The position numbers and the translations under genes are program-made. This document shows, piece by piece, positions 41,132 through 51,034 of a DNA stretch of 64,000 nucleotides. The notes under the pieces were generated by a model. That model did no database searches. It saw only the letters and a program-made list of their open reading frames with translations, and was not told the origin of the DNA. The DNA lies in contig DATLOC010000053.1 in NCBI GenBank assembly GCA_035536455.1, forward strand, positions 135,478-199,477, in the 5' to 3' direction. The stretch comes from Thermoanaerobaculia bacterium (GTDB lineage: Bacteria > Acidobacteriota > Thermoanaerobaculia > Multivoradales > UBA5704). Position 1 is the first letter of the stretch; every line of letters starts with the position of its first letter.

Positions 41132-43708
41132 CTACGGATAGTAGCCGCGGATCGTCCGCGCCTTCAAACCGCCGCGCACCCGCACCTCGACCTCGCGGAA
41201 CCCCTCACCGCCGCCGGTCGGGGCGTAGGCGAGGTAGTAGCGGCTGCGCAGCTCCTTCTCGATCTCCTCGTAGACCCCGACGAGCTGCCCCGCCTTCTCG
41301 ACGAAGAAGGCGCGGCCGCCGGTCTCGTTGGCGAGGCGCGAGAGCTTGCTGCGGATGCCGGCCGAGAGCGGCGAGACGGCGAGGCCGATCGTGTAGATGG
41401 CGACGCCGCTGCGCCGCGCGTACTCCAGGGCGTTGCGGTAGGGGGTGTGGCTGGCGGTGTCGTCGCCGTCGGAGAGCAGCACCAGGGCGCGCTGCCCGCG
41501 CACGCCGCGGAAGTAGTAGAGGCTGGTCACCAGCGCGTCGTGGAGCGCCGTGTAGCCCACCGCCTGCAGCCCCTTGAGCGCCTGGATGACCCCGTCGGCG
41601 TCGTCGGTCGGCGGCATCAGGACGACCGGCTTGTCGGAGAAGGAGACCGCGAACGACCGGTCGCGCGGCGTCACCACGTCGCGCACGAAGTCGGCGGCGG
41701 CGCGCTGCGCCTCGACCAGCGAGGACGACATCGAGCCCGAGGTGTCGATCACCAGCCCTACGGAGAGCGGCAGGTCCTCGACCAGCTCGAACTTGGTGAT
41801 CGTCTGCGGCGTGCCCCCGTCGAGCACCTCGAAGTCCGCCGCCGTGAGGCCCAGCGCCGGCTGGCCGCCGCGGTCGAAGACCGTGGTGTAGAGCTCGACC
41901 AGGGTGACGTCGACGCGGTCGAGGTTGGGCGGCGCGTTGAGGAAGCGGGTGTCCTCGGCGCGGCTGCCGTCGTCGAGGGTCGCCACGACCGTCAGGTAGG
42001 CCACGTCGCCGCCGACCGGCACCTCGATCTGCGCCTGCCAGGGGGGCTTGACGAGGCTCGCCACCGTCGCGTCGTTGATCCGGAAGTCGACCGACTCGAT
42101 CCGCTTCCCCTCCGGCACCGAGACCTCGGCGCGCGACAGCGTCTGGCCGCTCACCTTGACGCCGCGGCCGGGGGCGAGGATCGTCACCTGGAGCGCCCCG
42201 CGCGGCTGGTTGACCACCACTTCGTCGGCGGCGACCAGCTCGCCCCGCTCGTCGTAGCCCTCGGCGCGCACCACCTGCTCGACCGGGAACTCGGCGAGGC
42301 GTACCTCGGCGCTGAACGGCGTCTTGGCGCGGGTGAGCTGCACCGCGCCGTCGACGAGGAAGACCACCTTGACGATGCGGCCGCCGGAGACCAGCGCCTC
42401 CGCCCGCCAAAGGCCGAGCACCACGTCCTCCTCCGGCGGCACCAGGATCAGGCTGTCGCGCCCGGCCGGCCGCTCGAGCCCCAGGTCCTCGCCGAGCGCC
42501 ACGACGACGTCGTCCGGCACCGGCGGCTCGGCCACCGCCTCCGGCTCGCGCGGCACCTGGAAGCCGCGGGCGAGGCGGACGCGGGCGCCGCTGACGTCGT
42601 CCTTCAAGTCGAAGCGGAGGAGGAAGGCGCCGGGGCGGAGCGCGCGCTCCAAGGCGAGCGCCACCGGCACCCCTGCGGCCGGGGGCTCGAGCCGGAAGCG
42701 GAGCCGGAACTCCTCGAACGGGCGCCCGTCCTGCTCGAGCATCCCTTGGAGCGTCAGCCGCAGCTCGGGCTTCTCCTTCTCGGTCGCCGGTGTGGAGGCG
42801 CGGACGCTCCCCGGCGGCAGCGTCAGCAGCGCGCGGGCGAGGAGGCGCTGGCCGCGCCGGTCCGGGTAGAGCATCTGCAGGTCGCCGAGCGCCAGCCGCG
42901 GCGCGTCGGCGGTTGCCTTGGCGGGGAGCGCGGTCTTCGCCGCCGCCGCCGCCCAGGCGCCGAGGTCCTCGGGCGGCGCCAGGAAGCGCTCGAAGTCCGC
43001 GCCGGTCGGCCGCCCCTTGCGGAAGCCGAAGAGGCCGTTGACGCCGCTCGCCTTGTCGACGCGCGGCGTCTCCTCGCAGACCTGGAGGTCGAAGCGCACG
43101 GCGCGGATCTGCCCGCGCAGCGCCTCGAAGTCGTCGAGGAGCTTCTCCATGTCGCGGGAGTAGAGGGCGCGCTTGCCCTCGGCCGGCCGCCAGAGCTTGT
43201 ACGGGGCGGTGGGGAGCGGCCGGTAGACGAGCAGCTCACGCCGGCGGTTCTCCGGGTCCGGATCGCTGCCGACGTCGTAGCCCCAGATCTCGAGCGGCTT
43301 GAACGCCTGGCCGCAGTCGATGACCAGGCGCTCCGCCGGCTTGCCGTTCAAGAACAGGAGCTGAGCGCGGACGTCGAGCGGCGAGAGGAACTCCTCGGCG
43401 GCGAGCTGCTGGCGGCGCGCGATGCCGAGCGCGAGCTCGTTCTCCGGCGTCGCCGGCAGCGGGTCGCGGGCGAGGAACTCGGCGATGGAGCGGGTGCGGG
43501 CGGCCGCGTCGAGCGCGGCGAAGGACGCGCGCTCGGACTCGGGGAGGAGGAGGGCGGGGCCGTCCTGAAGGAAAGCGCGCTGCTCCTCGGGCCAGAGGAC
43601 CGGGTCCTCGGCGGCACGGGCGGGCGGTGGGGCGAAGGTGGCGAGCGCGCCGGCGAGCGCGAGAGAAAGGACGACGTATCTGGGATGCACGGCAGGCCCG
43701 CTTTGCAC
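41132..43708 (-). CDS. large secreted protein with a C-terminal von Willebrand factor A domain
   Basis: Signal peptide; VWA MIDAS region LSVGLVIDTSGSMSS...LLSDGDDTAS. Confidence 0.75.
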   Translation of the reverse strand: MQSGPAVHPRYVVLSLALAGALATFAPPPARAAEDPVLWPEEQRAFLQDGPALLLPESERASFAALDAAARTRSIAEFLARDPLPATPENELALGIARRQQLAAEEFLSPLDVRAQLLFLNGKPAERLVIDCGQAFKPLEIWGYDVGSDPDPENRRRELLVYRPLPTAPYKLWRPAEGKRALYSRDMEKLLDDFEALRGQIRAVRFDLQVCEETPRVDKASGVNGLFGFRKGRPTGADFERFLAPPEDLGAWAAAAAKTALPAKATADAPRLALGDLQMLYPDRRGQRLLARALLTLPPGSVRASTPATEKEKPELRLTLQGMLEQDGRPFEEFRLRFRLEPPAAGVPVALALERALRPGAFLLRFDLKDDVSGARVRLARGFQVPREPEAVAEPPVPDDVVVALGEDLGLERPAGRDSLILVPPEEDVVLGLWRAEALVSGGRIVKVVFLVDGAVQLTRAKTPFSAEVRLAEFPVEQVVRAEGYDERGELVAADEVVVNQPRGALQVTILAPGRGVKVSGQTLSRAEVSVPEGKRIESVDFRINDATVASLVKPPWQAQIEVPVGGDVAYLTVVATLDDGSRAEDTRFLNAPPNLDRVDVTLVELYTTVFDRGGQPALGLTAADFEVLDGGTPQTITKFELVEDLPLSVGLVIDTSGSMSSSLVEAQRAAADFVRDVVTPRDRSFAVSFSDKPVVLMPPTDDADGVIQALKGLQAVGYTALHDALVTSLYYFRGVRGQRALVLLSDGDDTASHTPYRNALEYARRSGVAIYTIGLAVSPLSAGIRSKLSRLANETGGRAFFVEKAGQLVGVYEEIEKELRSRYYLAYAPTGGGEGFREVEVRVRGGLKARTIRGYYP

Positions 43709-43742
43709 GGCAGGTGCCAGACACTACACTTGCTCCATCACT

Positions 43743-44828
43743 ATGGCCAAACCGCTGCGCAACGCGCCGATCCGGACCTGGCAGGCCGGGGACGTCGTTC
43801 AGGGCTACGCGCTCCTGACCAAGAAGGAGCTGCGCCAGGACCGCAACGGCAAGAGCTTCATGGACCTCGAGGTGGTGGACGCCAGCGGCTCGATGGTGGC
43901 CAAGGTGTGGAACGACAGCCCGGCCCTCAACGGCCAGTTCGAGACCCACCGCTTCATCGCCTTCCGCGGCTCGGTCAAGCTCTACCGCGATCAGCTCCAG
44001 CTCAGCATCGACGAGTGCCGCGAGGCGACCGAGGAGGACCGCCGCTTCGGCTTCGACGAGACCGTCCTCGTGCCGTCCACCCGCGAGGACGTGGACGACC
44101 TCTGGCGCCGGCTGGAGCGGCTGCTCGGCGAGGAGGTCGAGCGCCCGGTCCTGCGCCGCCTGGCGCGCGAGACGCTGGCCGCGCACGGCGCGGCGTTGCG
44201 CCAGCACCCGGCGGCCAAGTCGATGCACCACGCCTACCGCGGCGGCCTGCTCGAGCACGTCGTCTCGATGGCCGAGCTGGCGATGGCGGTCTGCCGCCAC
44301 TACCGCGACCTCGACCGCGACCTGCTGCTCCTCGGCGTCCTCTTCCACGACCTCGGCAAGCTCCAGGAGCTGGGCGCGATGCCGGTCAACGACTACACCC
44401 TGGTCGGCCGCCTCGTCGGCCACGTCGTCCTGGGCCGCGACCTGCTGCGCGAGCGCTGCGCCGCGATCGAGGACTTCCCCGAGGACCTCCAGCTCCTCCT
44501 CGAGCACATGGTCCTGGCCCACCAGGGGCGGAAGGAGTTCAGCTCCCCGGTCGAGCCGATGACCCCGGAAGCCCTCGCCCTCCACTTCCTCGACGACCTC
44601 GATTCCAAGCTCAACCAGCTCCGCGCCTCCCGCGAGGCGCAGCCCGGCGTGCAGTACCACCGCGGCCTGGGGCGGTTCGTCTACCTGCCGGTCGTCGGCG
44701 AGCTGGGCGAGAGGGTCGAGGCCGTCCCGGTCGAGGTGGAAGTGCGCGAGAGCGTCACCGTCGAGGAGGTCGAAGAGGCCGTAGAGGAAGCGGCCGCCGA
44801 GCCGCGGCCGCTGACGCTGTTCGAGTAG
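43743..44828 (+). CDS. YhaM-like 3'-5' exoribonuclease (OB-fold + HD domain)
   Basis: OB: YALLTKKELRQDRNGKSFMDLEVVDASG. HD: HHAYRGGLLEHVVSM...LFHDLGK. Confidence 0.7.
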   Translation: MAKPLRNAPIRTWQAGDVVQGYALLTKKELRQDRNGKSFMDLEVVDASGSMVAKVWNDSPALNGQFETHRFIAFRGSVKLYRDQLQLSIDECREATEEDRRFGFDETVLVPSTREDVDDLWRRLERLLGEEVERPVLRRLARETLAAHGAALRQHPAAKSMHHAYRGGLLEHVVSMAELAMAVCRHYRDLDRDLLLLGVLFHDLGKLQELGAMPVNDYTLVGRLVGHVVLGRDLLRERCAAIEDFPEDLQLLLEHMVLAHQGRKEFSSPVEPMTPEALALHFLDDLDSKLNQLRASREAQPGVQYHRGLGRFVYLPVVGELGERVEAVPVEVEVRESVTVEEVEEAVEEAAAEPRPLTLFE

Positions 44829-44891
44829 GGAGACTTACGAGTCAATTCGCCGTCGCGCGCACCTCGGTGGGCGGACGGCTCCGACTTTCCC

Positions 44892-45230
44892 TCAATCGCC
44901 GATGATCTGGTTGAGGCCGTCGAGGATGAGGGCGAGCTCTTCCGGCGATGCGCGGCCGAGCCGCCGGCTCAGGCGCTCGGTCGAGAGGGTGCGGATCTGC
45001 CCCGTCTTGATCCACGATCTCTTCGGCAACCGCGCCGACCTCAGCGCCACGGAGAGCGGGAACCCCGCCTTGGGCTCCTGGCCCGTGACCGCCAGCGCGA
45101 TGACCGTGCCGGATCGCTCGTTAAAGACTTCGTGGCTGAGCACGAGGACAGGGCGCTGGCCGGCCTGCTCGTGACCGCGGGCGGGGTCCAAGTCGGCCCA
45201 GAAGATGTCGCCTCTCAGTATTCGGGCCAC
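44892..45230 (-). CDS. MazF/PemK-family endoribonuclease toxin
   Basis: RGDIFWADLDPARGHEQAGQRPVLVLS. Confidence 0.75.
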   Translation of the reverse strand: MARILRGDIFWADLDPARGHEQAGQRPVLVLSHEVFNERSGTVIALAVTGQEPKAGFPLSVALRSARLPKRSWIKTGQIRTLSTERLSRRLGRASPEELALILDGLNQIIGD

Positions 45231-45454
45231 GCAGCCTCGCCGCTCAACCACTGCTCCGCCTCGGCGCGCTCGACCGCGGGCTCCAGCTTGGCGCACTCCT
45301 CGGCGAGGCTCACCCGCTTCAGCCGCTGCAGCTTCTCGCGGACGGCGTCCTGAATCAGCTTGCTGCGGCTGGCTCCCGCGCCCTGCTCGACGAGCTCGTC
45401 GAGCTCTTGGAGGTCGTTGGGGTCGATCGAGATGGCGATCTTGGCCGTAGGCAT
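45215..45454 (-). CDS. RHH/MazE-like antitoxin
   Basis: MPTAKIAISIDPNDLQELDELVEQG; overlaps the toxin start. Confidence 0.65.
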   Translation of the reverse strand: MPTAKIAISIDPNDLQELDELVEQGAGASRSKLIQDAVREKLQRLKRVSLAEECAKLEPAVERAEAEQWLSGEAAWPEY

Positions 45455-45629
45455 GAGATCATGGTATTCTCGCTGGTCGTACCAGTCAAGCATGCGTCAG
45501 CCTCCAAGGAGGTCGCTCGGTGACTCTCGAGGGCCGAGGCCAAGATTCCGACGAGTGGAAGCTGGAGTCCTATCGCCAGGGCTCGGATGCGTGCAGGAAC
45601 TACAGCGGCCTGACGATGAGAGTGCGGAC

Positions 45630-46130
45630 GCTGCGCAACAGGTCCTCGGCTTGAGCATCGCCGGTCTTGCCGCTACCTACCTGAAAGATGACTCCGGCAT
45701 CGATGGCACGCCAGATCGGGCGATCCTGGTTGGCGGCGGTCTGACCCTCGTCCTCCTTGCCATCTCGTTGGGCTTCGTCGACTGGCACTATCAATCCGCC
45801 TTTAGCGCTATCCGGGACTCGCTGGCGAGGGCGGAGGCGGAGCGCAGGATCGACGGGCCGTGGCGAGCTCACCTCTCGGTGCGCAGTCGGCTGGTAGACC
45901 ATTTCGCTTCGTACCTGCCGTTCGTTTTCCTCTTCGCCATCGGCTGCGTTGGCGCCTGCGTCGGCATGTTCGGCATTGGCATTGGATGGTGGCTGTCGGC
46001 TCCGCTGGTGGCCGCGGCGTTTGCCTTCTTCTTCTACCTCTCCTCCCGTGCCAAGAAACGGGACCGGAAGATGCAGGCCGAGATCGATGACATCGTCGCG
46101 CGATGCCCCGCGAGCGCGAGACCCGTATGA
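45630..46130 (+). CDS. hypothetical membrane protein (start uncertain)
   Basis: The C-terminal half of ORF 45360..46130 is hydrophobic (LPFVFLFAIGCVGACVGMFGIGIGWWL). Confidence 0.35.
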   Translation, partial: AAQQVLGLSIAGLAATYLKDDSGIDGTPDRAILVGGGLTLVLLAISLGFVDWHYQSAFSAIRDSLARAEAERRIDGPWRAHLSVRSRLVDHFASYLPFVFLFAIGCVGACVGMFGIGIGWWLSAPLVAAAFAFFFYLSSRAKKRDRKMQAEIDDIVARCPASARPV

Positions 46131-47071
46131 AGGTGGGGATCATCGGGGTCGGCAACGTCGGCACAGCGTGCGCGAAGGCGATGCTGCTGAGGGGGTCCTG
46201 CCTCGAGATCGTGCTTCTCGACACCGATGAAGCGCGCGCCAACGGAGTCGCGGCAGACCTGTCCCACGGTGAGTCGCTCTGTCCTCCGACGAAGATCCTG
46301 GCTGGCGGGTATCGGGATCTGACCCGTGCCGCCGTCGTCGTCATCACCGCTGGAATCAACGAGCGGACCGGAAAGGCGATCGATCGCGACGACAACCTCG
46401 GGCGGCTCCGCCTCCTGCCCCACAACGCCGCCATCTACAGCAAGATCGTGCCGCGTATCGCGCGCGTCGCCCCGCGGGCGCTCATCCTCGTCGTCACCGA
46501 TCCGCCGGACCCCCTCGCCGATGTCGCCCGCCGCTTCACCAAGAGCCCGGTACTCAGCTCGGGCACCTTCCTCGACACGCTCCGGTTCCGCCTACAGCTG
46601 GCGACGGAGCTCGGGTGCCACCCTTCCTCCGTGGACGCGCTCGTGGTCGGAGAGCACGGCACCTCACAGGTGTACGTCTGGTCCTCCGCGACGATAGGAG
46701 GCGAGCCCGTCCTCGAGCTCGCGAGAAGGAAGGGCTTGAACGTGGCGAGCTTCCGGGCGAAGGTCGAGCAAGAAGTGAAGTACGCCAACATCAAGATCAT
46801 TGAGGGAACGGGCGCCAGCCAACACGGCATTGGGATCGTGACGGCGAGGATCGTCGAGGCCATTCTCCGCGATGAGGGGCTGGTGGCGCCGATCGGTGTG
46901 CTCCAGCCGGAGTACGGTGTCACGCTCTCGCTTCCGGCGGTGATCGGGCGCGGGGGGGTGTCGAAGGTCCTGGCTCCCGCTCTCTCAGGCAAGGAGAGGC
47001 GGGCGCTGGCGGCGAGCGCTAAGGCGATCGCCGGGGCGCTAGACGGTCTTGCGGATGAACTCCGGCCCTAG
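46127..47071 (+). CDS. L-lactate/malate dehydrogenase family protein
   Basis: MKVGIIGVGNVGTACA (Rossmann); VVGEHGTSQ catalytic His. Confidence 0.8.
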   Translation: MKVGIIGVGNVGTACAKAMLLRGSCLEIVLLDTDEARANGVAADLSHGESLCPPTKILAGGYRDLTRAAVVVITAGINERTGKAIDRDDNLGRLRLLPHNAAIYSKIVPRIARVAPRALILVVTDPPDPLADVARRFTKSPVLSSGTFLDTLRFRLQLATELGCHPSSVDALVVGEHGTSQVYVWSSATIGGEPVLELARRKGLNVASFRAKVEQEVKYANIKIIEGTGASQHGIGIVTARIVEAILRDEGLVAPIGVLQPEYGVTLSLPAVIGRGGVSKVLAPALSGKERRALAASAKAIAGALDGLADELRP

Positions 47072-48169
47072 TGCCAAGGCCCCCACCGCCAGCCCCATCC
47101 CCACCCAGAACGGAATCCGCGGCACGACCCAGACCCGCGCTCTCAGCACCGGGCTCTCGTAGGGCTCGGGGTCGGGGCGGGGGCGCTTGGCGTTGATCTC
47201 GCTGCGTTGTGCCTCGGGCAGGCGGTGCTGCGCATGCGGTGGCTGGAAGGAGCGGAGGGCCAGGAACGGCGTGTAGTAGACCTCCAGGATCCGGTTCTCC
47301 TTCCAGGCGTGGAACCAGTCGCCGCGGTGGAAGCTGGTGTTGCGGTGCTCGACGTGCCAGCCGGCGGCGGTCAGATAGAAGTCCTCCTTCCCCAGCGGCG
47401 TCAGGCCGGCCGGCGGGTCGGCGGCCCAGGCGCGCGCCCGCTCGGCCTTGAGCTCAGCCAGCCGCTCGCGCGAGTGGAACGAGCGGAAGCGGCCGATCTC
47501 CAGGTCGGCGATCTCGTAGCCCAGGTGGGCGCGGTCGAAGAAGAGGGCGAAGGCAAGGAGTACCACGGCGGCGGTGCGGCCGACGCGCCGCGCCGCGGGC
47601 AGGTCGGGCCGCCAGCGGAAGCCACGCGGCGGCTCCAGCGCGACGCCGAAGAGCAGCCCGCACAGCCCGGCGTAGGCGTTGAGCGCCACGTCGCGCACGT
47701 CGCCGGTGCGCACCGGCGTCCACCACTGCACCGCCTCGTCGACGATCCCGACGAGCGCCACCGCCAGCACGGTCAGCGGCAGGACGGAGGCGTCGCCGTG
47801 GCGGCGGAAGGCGCGGTAGAAGAGCAGCCCCAGGGCGCCGTACTCCAGGAAGTGGATGCGCTCGACCGCGTCCACCTGGAGGTTGCCGGTGCCGAAGCCC
47901 ACGACCTGCACGCCCAGCAGCATCAGCGCCAGTGCCAGCCCGCCGAGCCGCAGCAGTCGCACCGGCCGGCGCGGCTCGCGGACGCGCAGCGCCGCCGCCA
48001 CGACCAGCCCCGCCACCACGACCGCGAAGCCGGCCGCCAGCGCCACGACGAAGCGGCGGCCGAAGAGTTCGAGGAGGAGGTCGCGCAGCGTCCCCATGAA
48101 CGGGGCGGTAGCGACGATGAAGAGGGCGAGGAGGAGCGGCGGGCGGAGGCTCGGGGAGCGCGTCACCAT
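47039..48169 (-). CDS. VanZ-like family membrane protein with a C-terminal extension
   Basis: DEAVQWWTPVRTGDVRDVALNAYAGLCG. Confidence 0.6.
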   Translation of the reverse strand: MVTRSPSLRPPLLLALFIVATAPFMGTLRDLLLELFGRRFVVALAAGFAVVVAGLVVAAALRVREPRRPVRLLRLGGLALALMLLGVQVVGFGTGNLQVDAVERIHFLEYGALGLLFYRAFRRHGDASVLPLTVLAVALVGIVDEAVQWWTPVRTGDVRDVALNAYAGLCGLLFGVALEPPRGFRWRPDLPAARRVGRTAAVVLLAFALFFDRAHLGYEIADLEIGRFRSFHSRERLAELKAERARAWAADPPAGLTPLGKEDFYLTAAGWHVEHRNTSFHRGDWFHAWKENRILEVYYTPFLALRSFQPPHAQHRLPEAQRSEINAKRPRPDPEPYESPVLRARVWVVPRIPFWVGMGLAVGALALGPEFIRKTV

Positions 48170-48585
48170 TGCATCCGGTAGAGCATCCAGTAGACGACCA
48201 CGCCGGTCATTGATACGTAAAGCCAGATCGGCAGCGTCCAGCGGGCGATGCGGACGTGCCGCGGGTAGCGGCGGCGGAAGGCGTGGGTCACCGTGATGAT
48301 GGCGAGGAACGGCACCGTCGCGGCGAGCACGGTGTGGGTCAGGAGGATCGCGAGGTAGGTGGTGCGCGCGCCGCCGGTCCCGGGGAAGCGCACCGAGCCC
48401 ACCTGGTAATGGTAGGTTAAGTAGGAAGCGAGGAAGAGGACCGAGCAGGCCAGGGCGGCCAGCATGACGTTGCGGTGGGCGGTGATCCGCCGGCGGCGGA
48501 TCAGGAGCCAGGCGACGACCAGTAGCACCGCCGCGGTCAGGTTGAGCGCCGCGTTGACGGCCGGCAGGTCGCGGACGGTGAGCAC
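48163..48585 (-). CDS. DUF420-family membrane protein
   Basis: Four TM helices; ...THAFRRRYPRHVRIARWTLPIWLYVS. Confidence 0.6.
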   Translation of the reverse strand: MLTVRDLPAVNAALNLTAAVLLVVAWLLIRRRRITAHRNVMLAALACSVLFLASYLTYHYQVGSVRFPGTGGARTTYLAILLTHTVLAATVPFLAIITVTHAFRRRYPRHVRIARWTLPIWLYVSMTGVVVYWMLYRMQW

Positions 48586-48643
48586 TTGGGGATTCTAGCC
48601 GGCCCGCCCCTGGTATCCTCGCCGTGTTTGAGCGACCTCAGCG

Positions 48644-51025
48644 ATGACCGCAGCACGGCGTAACGGTCCCCCCGGCTCCGCCCCCTTCCTCGCGGCTCTC
48701 CTGCTCCTCGGCAGTCTCGTCCAGGCGGCGCTCCTCCTCGCTGCCGAGGCACGCTACGCCGGCCGCAGCCTCGAAGAGGCGCTCCTCGACCTCCGCGCCC
48801 GCGGCCTGCGCTTGGTCTTCACCAGCAACGTCGTGCGCCCGGAGATGCGGGTCGAGACCGAGCCGGCCGCCGCCGAGCCGCGCCGCGTCCTCGACGAGAT
48901 CCTCGCCCCGCACGGCCTCGCCGCCCGCGAGGCCCCGAACGGCATCGTCGTCGTCGTGCGGCGCCCCGCCACGCCGGCCGCCGCGGCGCCCGCGCCCGGC
49001 GCGCCCGGCGCCGCAACCTCCGCGCCGGTATCCGCCGCCCCCGAGCCACCGCTCGAGATCCACGAGGAGATCGTCGTCACCCCGAGCAAGATCTCGCTGC
49101 TGCGCGAGGACCCGGTCGGCCTCCTCGGCTTGAGCCGCGACGAGATCCTCACCCTCCCCCACCTGGGCGACGACTTCTTCCGCGCCCTGTCGCTGCTGCC
49201 CGGGACGGCGGCCAACGACGTCAGCGCCCGCTTCCACGTCCGCGGCGCGCGCGACGACGAGACGCAGATCGTGCTCGACGGCCAGGAGCTGTTCGAGCCC
49301 TTCCACCTCCAGGACTTCGAGAGCCCGCTCAGCCTCATCGCCCCCGCCACCCTGAGCGGCGCCGACCTCTCGACCGGCGGCTTCCCGGCCCGCTACGGCG
49401 ACCGCATGGGGGGCGTCCTCGACATGACAACGGTGCGGCCGAGCGGCGGCGCGCGCTTGCGGCTCGGCGCCGGCATCCTCGGCTTCCACCTCGGCGGCGG
49501 CGGCACCTTCGCCGGCGAGCGCGGCGCCTGGCTGGTCGAGGCGCGGCGCGGCTCGAGCGACCTCCTGGGCCGGCTCCTGGGCGACGAGGACCCGCGCTAC
49601 TGGGACGGCTTCGGCAAGGTCGACTACTACCTGACCGCCCGCCACGGCCTGCGCGTCAACTTCCTGCGCTCCTTCGACGAGCTGGACTTCGAGGACGTCG
49701 GCGAGGAGACCAAGCGCTTCGAGACCGAGTACGACAACGGCTACCAGTGGCTGACCCACCAGGCGCTGCTGGGCGCCGACCAGTCGCTGGAGTCCGCCGT
49801 CGCCGGCGCCCGCGTCGAGCGCGAGCGGCGCGGGCTGGAGCTGGAGGAGGACGCGCGCTTCGCCGTCCTCGACCACCGCGACACCGGGGTCTTCGAGCTG
49901 CGCCAGGGCTGGCAGCGGCAGACGCCGCGGCACCTGCTGCAGGCGGGCTGGCAGCGGCGCGAGCTGGAGACCGAGTACGACTACGCCGCCGAGCGCGAGC
50001 TGGACGAGCCGCTGGCGCGCATCCGCCACGACTTCGGGCACGACACCACGGTCTTCGCCGGCGAGTTCGACGAGCGCGACTGGGGCGCCTGGGCCAGCGA
50101 CCGCCTGCGTCTCGGCGAGCCGCTGACCCTCGAGCTCGGCCTGCGCCACGACCGCCACTCGCAGACCAGCGAGGGCCACACCAGCCCGCGCGTCAACCTC
50201 GCCTGGGCGGTCGGCGAGCGCAGCGTCGTGCGCGCCGCCTGGGGGCGCTACCACCAGAGCCAGCGGCCCTACGAGCTGGAGGTCGAGGACGGCGAGACGG
50301 CGTTCCACCGCGTCGAGCGCTCGGAGCACCGCGTCCTCGGCTTCGAGACCCTGCTGGGCGCCCCCGGCGGCCGCGACTGGGAGCTGCGCCTCGAGCTCTA
50401 CCGCCGCGGCGTCGCCAACCCGCGGCAGCGCTTCGAGAACCTCTTCGAGCCGATCAACGTCTTCCCCGAAGTCGAGCCCGACCGCGTGCGCATCGCGCCG
50501 GAGGAGAGCGTCGCCGAGGGGGTCGAGCTCTTCCTGCGCGGCGAGGCCGGACCGCGCGCCGCCTGGTGGGTCAACTACACCTACGCCACGACCGAGGACG
50601 AGATCGCCGGCCGCCGCGTGCCGCGGCAGTTCGACCAGACGCACAGCCTGAACCTCGACCTCGACCTGCGCGCCGGCACCCACTGGCGGCTCAACTTCGC
50701 CTGGCGCTTCCACACCGGCTGGCCGACGACGCCGCTGTCGCTCGTGGAGACGGACGACAAGGGGGACCTCGAGTACCAGCCAGTCCTGGGGCCGCTCAAC
50801 AGCGCCCGCCTCCCCGACTACCACCGCCTCGACGTGCGCGCCAGCCGCCGCTGGCGGATCGGCGCGGCGTCGCTCGACCTGTTCTTCGACGTGCAGAACC
50901 TCTACAACCGGAAGAACGTCGCCGGCTTCGACATCGAGATCGACGAGGACGAGGGGAGGCTGGTGATTCGCGAAGAGGGGTGGCCGGGGATCATCCCGTC
51001 GGCCGGCATCAGCCTCGAGCTGTGA
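48644..51025 (+). CDS. TonB-dependent receptor/transducer with an N-terminal STN (FecA-like signalling) domain
   Basis: LEEALLDLRARGLRLVFTSNVV (STN); plug; barrel; C-terminal ...DIEIDEDEGRLVIREEGWPGIIPSAGISLEL. Confidence 0.8.
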   Translation: MTAARRNGPPGSAPFLAALLLLGSLVQAALLLAAEARYAGRSLEEALLDLRARGLRLVFTSNVVRPEMRVETEPAAAEPRRVLDEILAPHGLAAREAPNGIVVVVRRPATPAAAAPAPGAPGAATSAPVSAAPEPPLEIHEEIVVTPSKISLLREDPVGLLGLSRDEILTLPHLGDDFFRALSLLPGTAANDVSARFHVRGARDDETQIVLDGQELFEPFHLQDFESPLSLIAPATLSGADLSTGGFPARYGDRMGGVLDMTTVRPSGGARLRLGAGILGFHLGGGGTFAGERGAWLVEARRGSSDLLGRLLGDEDPRYWDGFGKVDYYLTARHGLRVNFLRSFDELDFEDVGEETKRFETEYDNGYQWLTHQALLGADQSLESAVAGARVERERRGLELEEDARFAVLDHRDTGVFELRQGWQRQTPRHLLQAGWQRRELETEYDYAAERELDEPLARIRHDFGHDTTVFAGEFDERDWGAWASDRLRLGEPLTLELGLRHDRHSQTSEGHTSPRVNLAWAVGERSVVRAAWGRYHQSQRPYELEVEDGETAFHRVERSEHRVLGFETLLGAPGGRDWELRLELYRRGVANPRQRFENLFEPINVFPEVEPDRVRIAPEESVAEGVELFLRGEAGPRAAWWVNYTYATTEDEIAGRRVPRQFDQTHSLNLDLDLRAGTHWRLNFAWRFHTGWPTTPLSLVETDDKGDLEYQPVLGPLNSARLPDYHRLDVRASRRWRIGAASLDLFFDVQNLYNRKNVAGFDIEIDEDEGRLVIREEGWPGIIPSAGISLEL

Positions 51026-51034
51026 GCCGGGCGC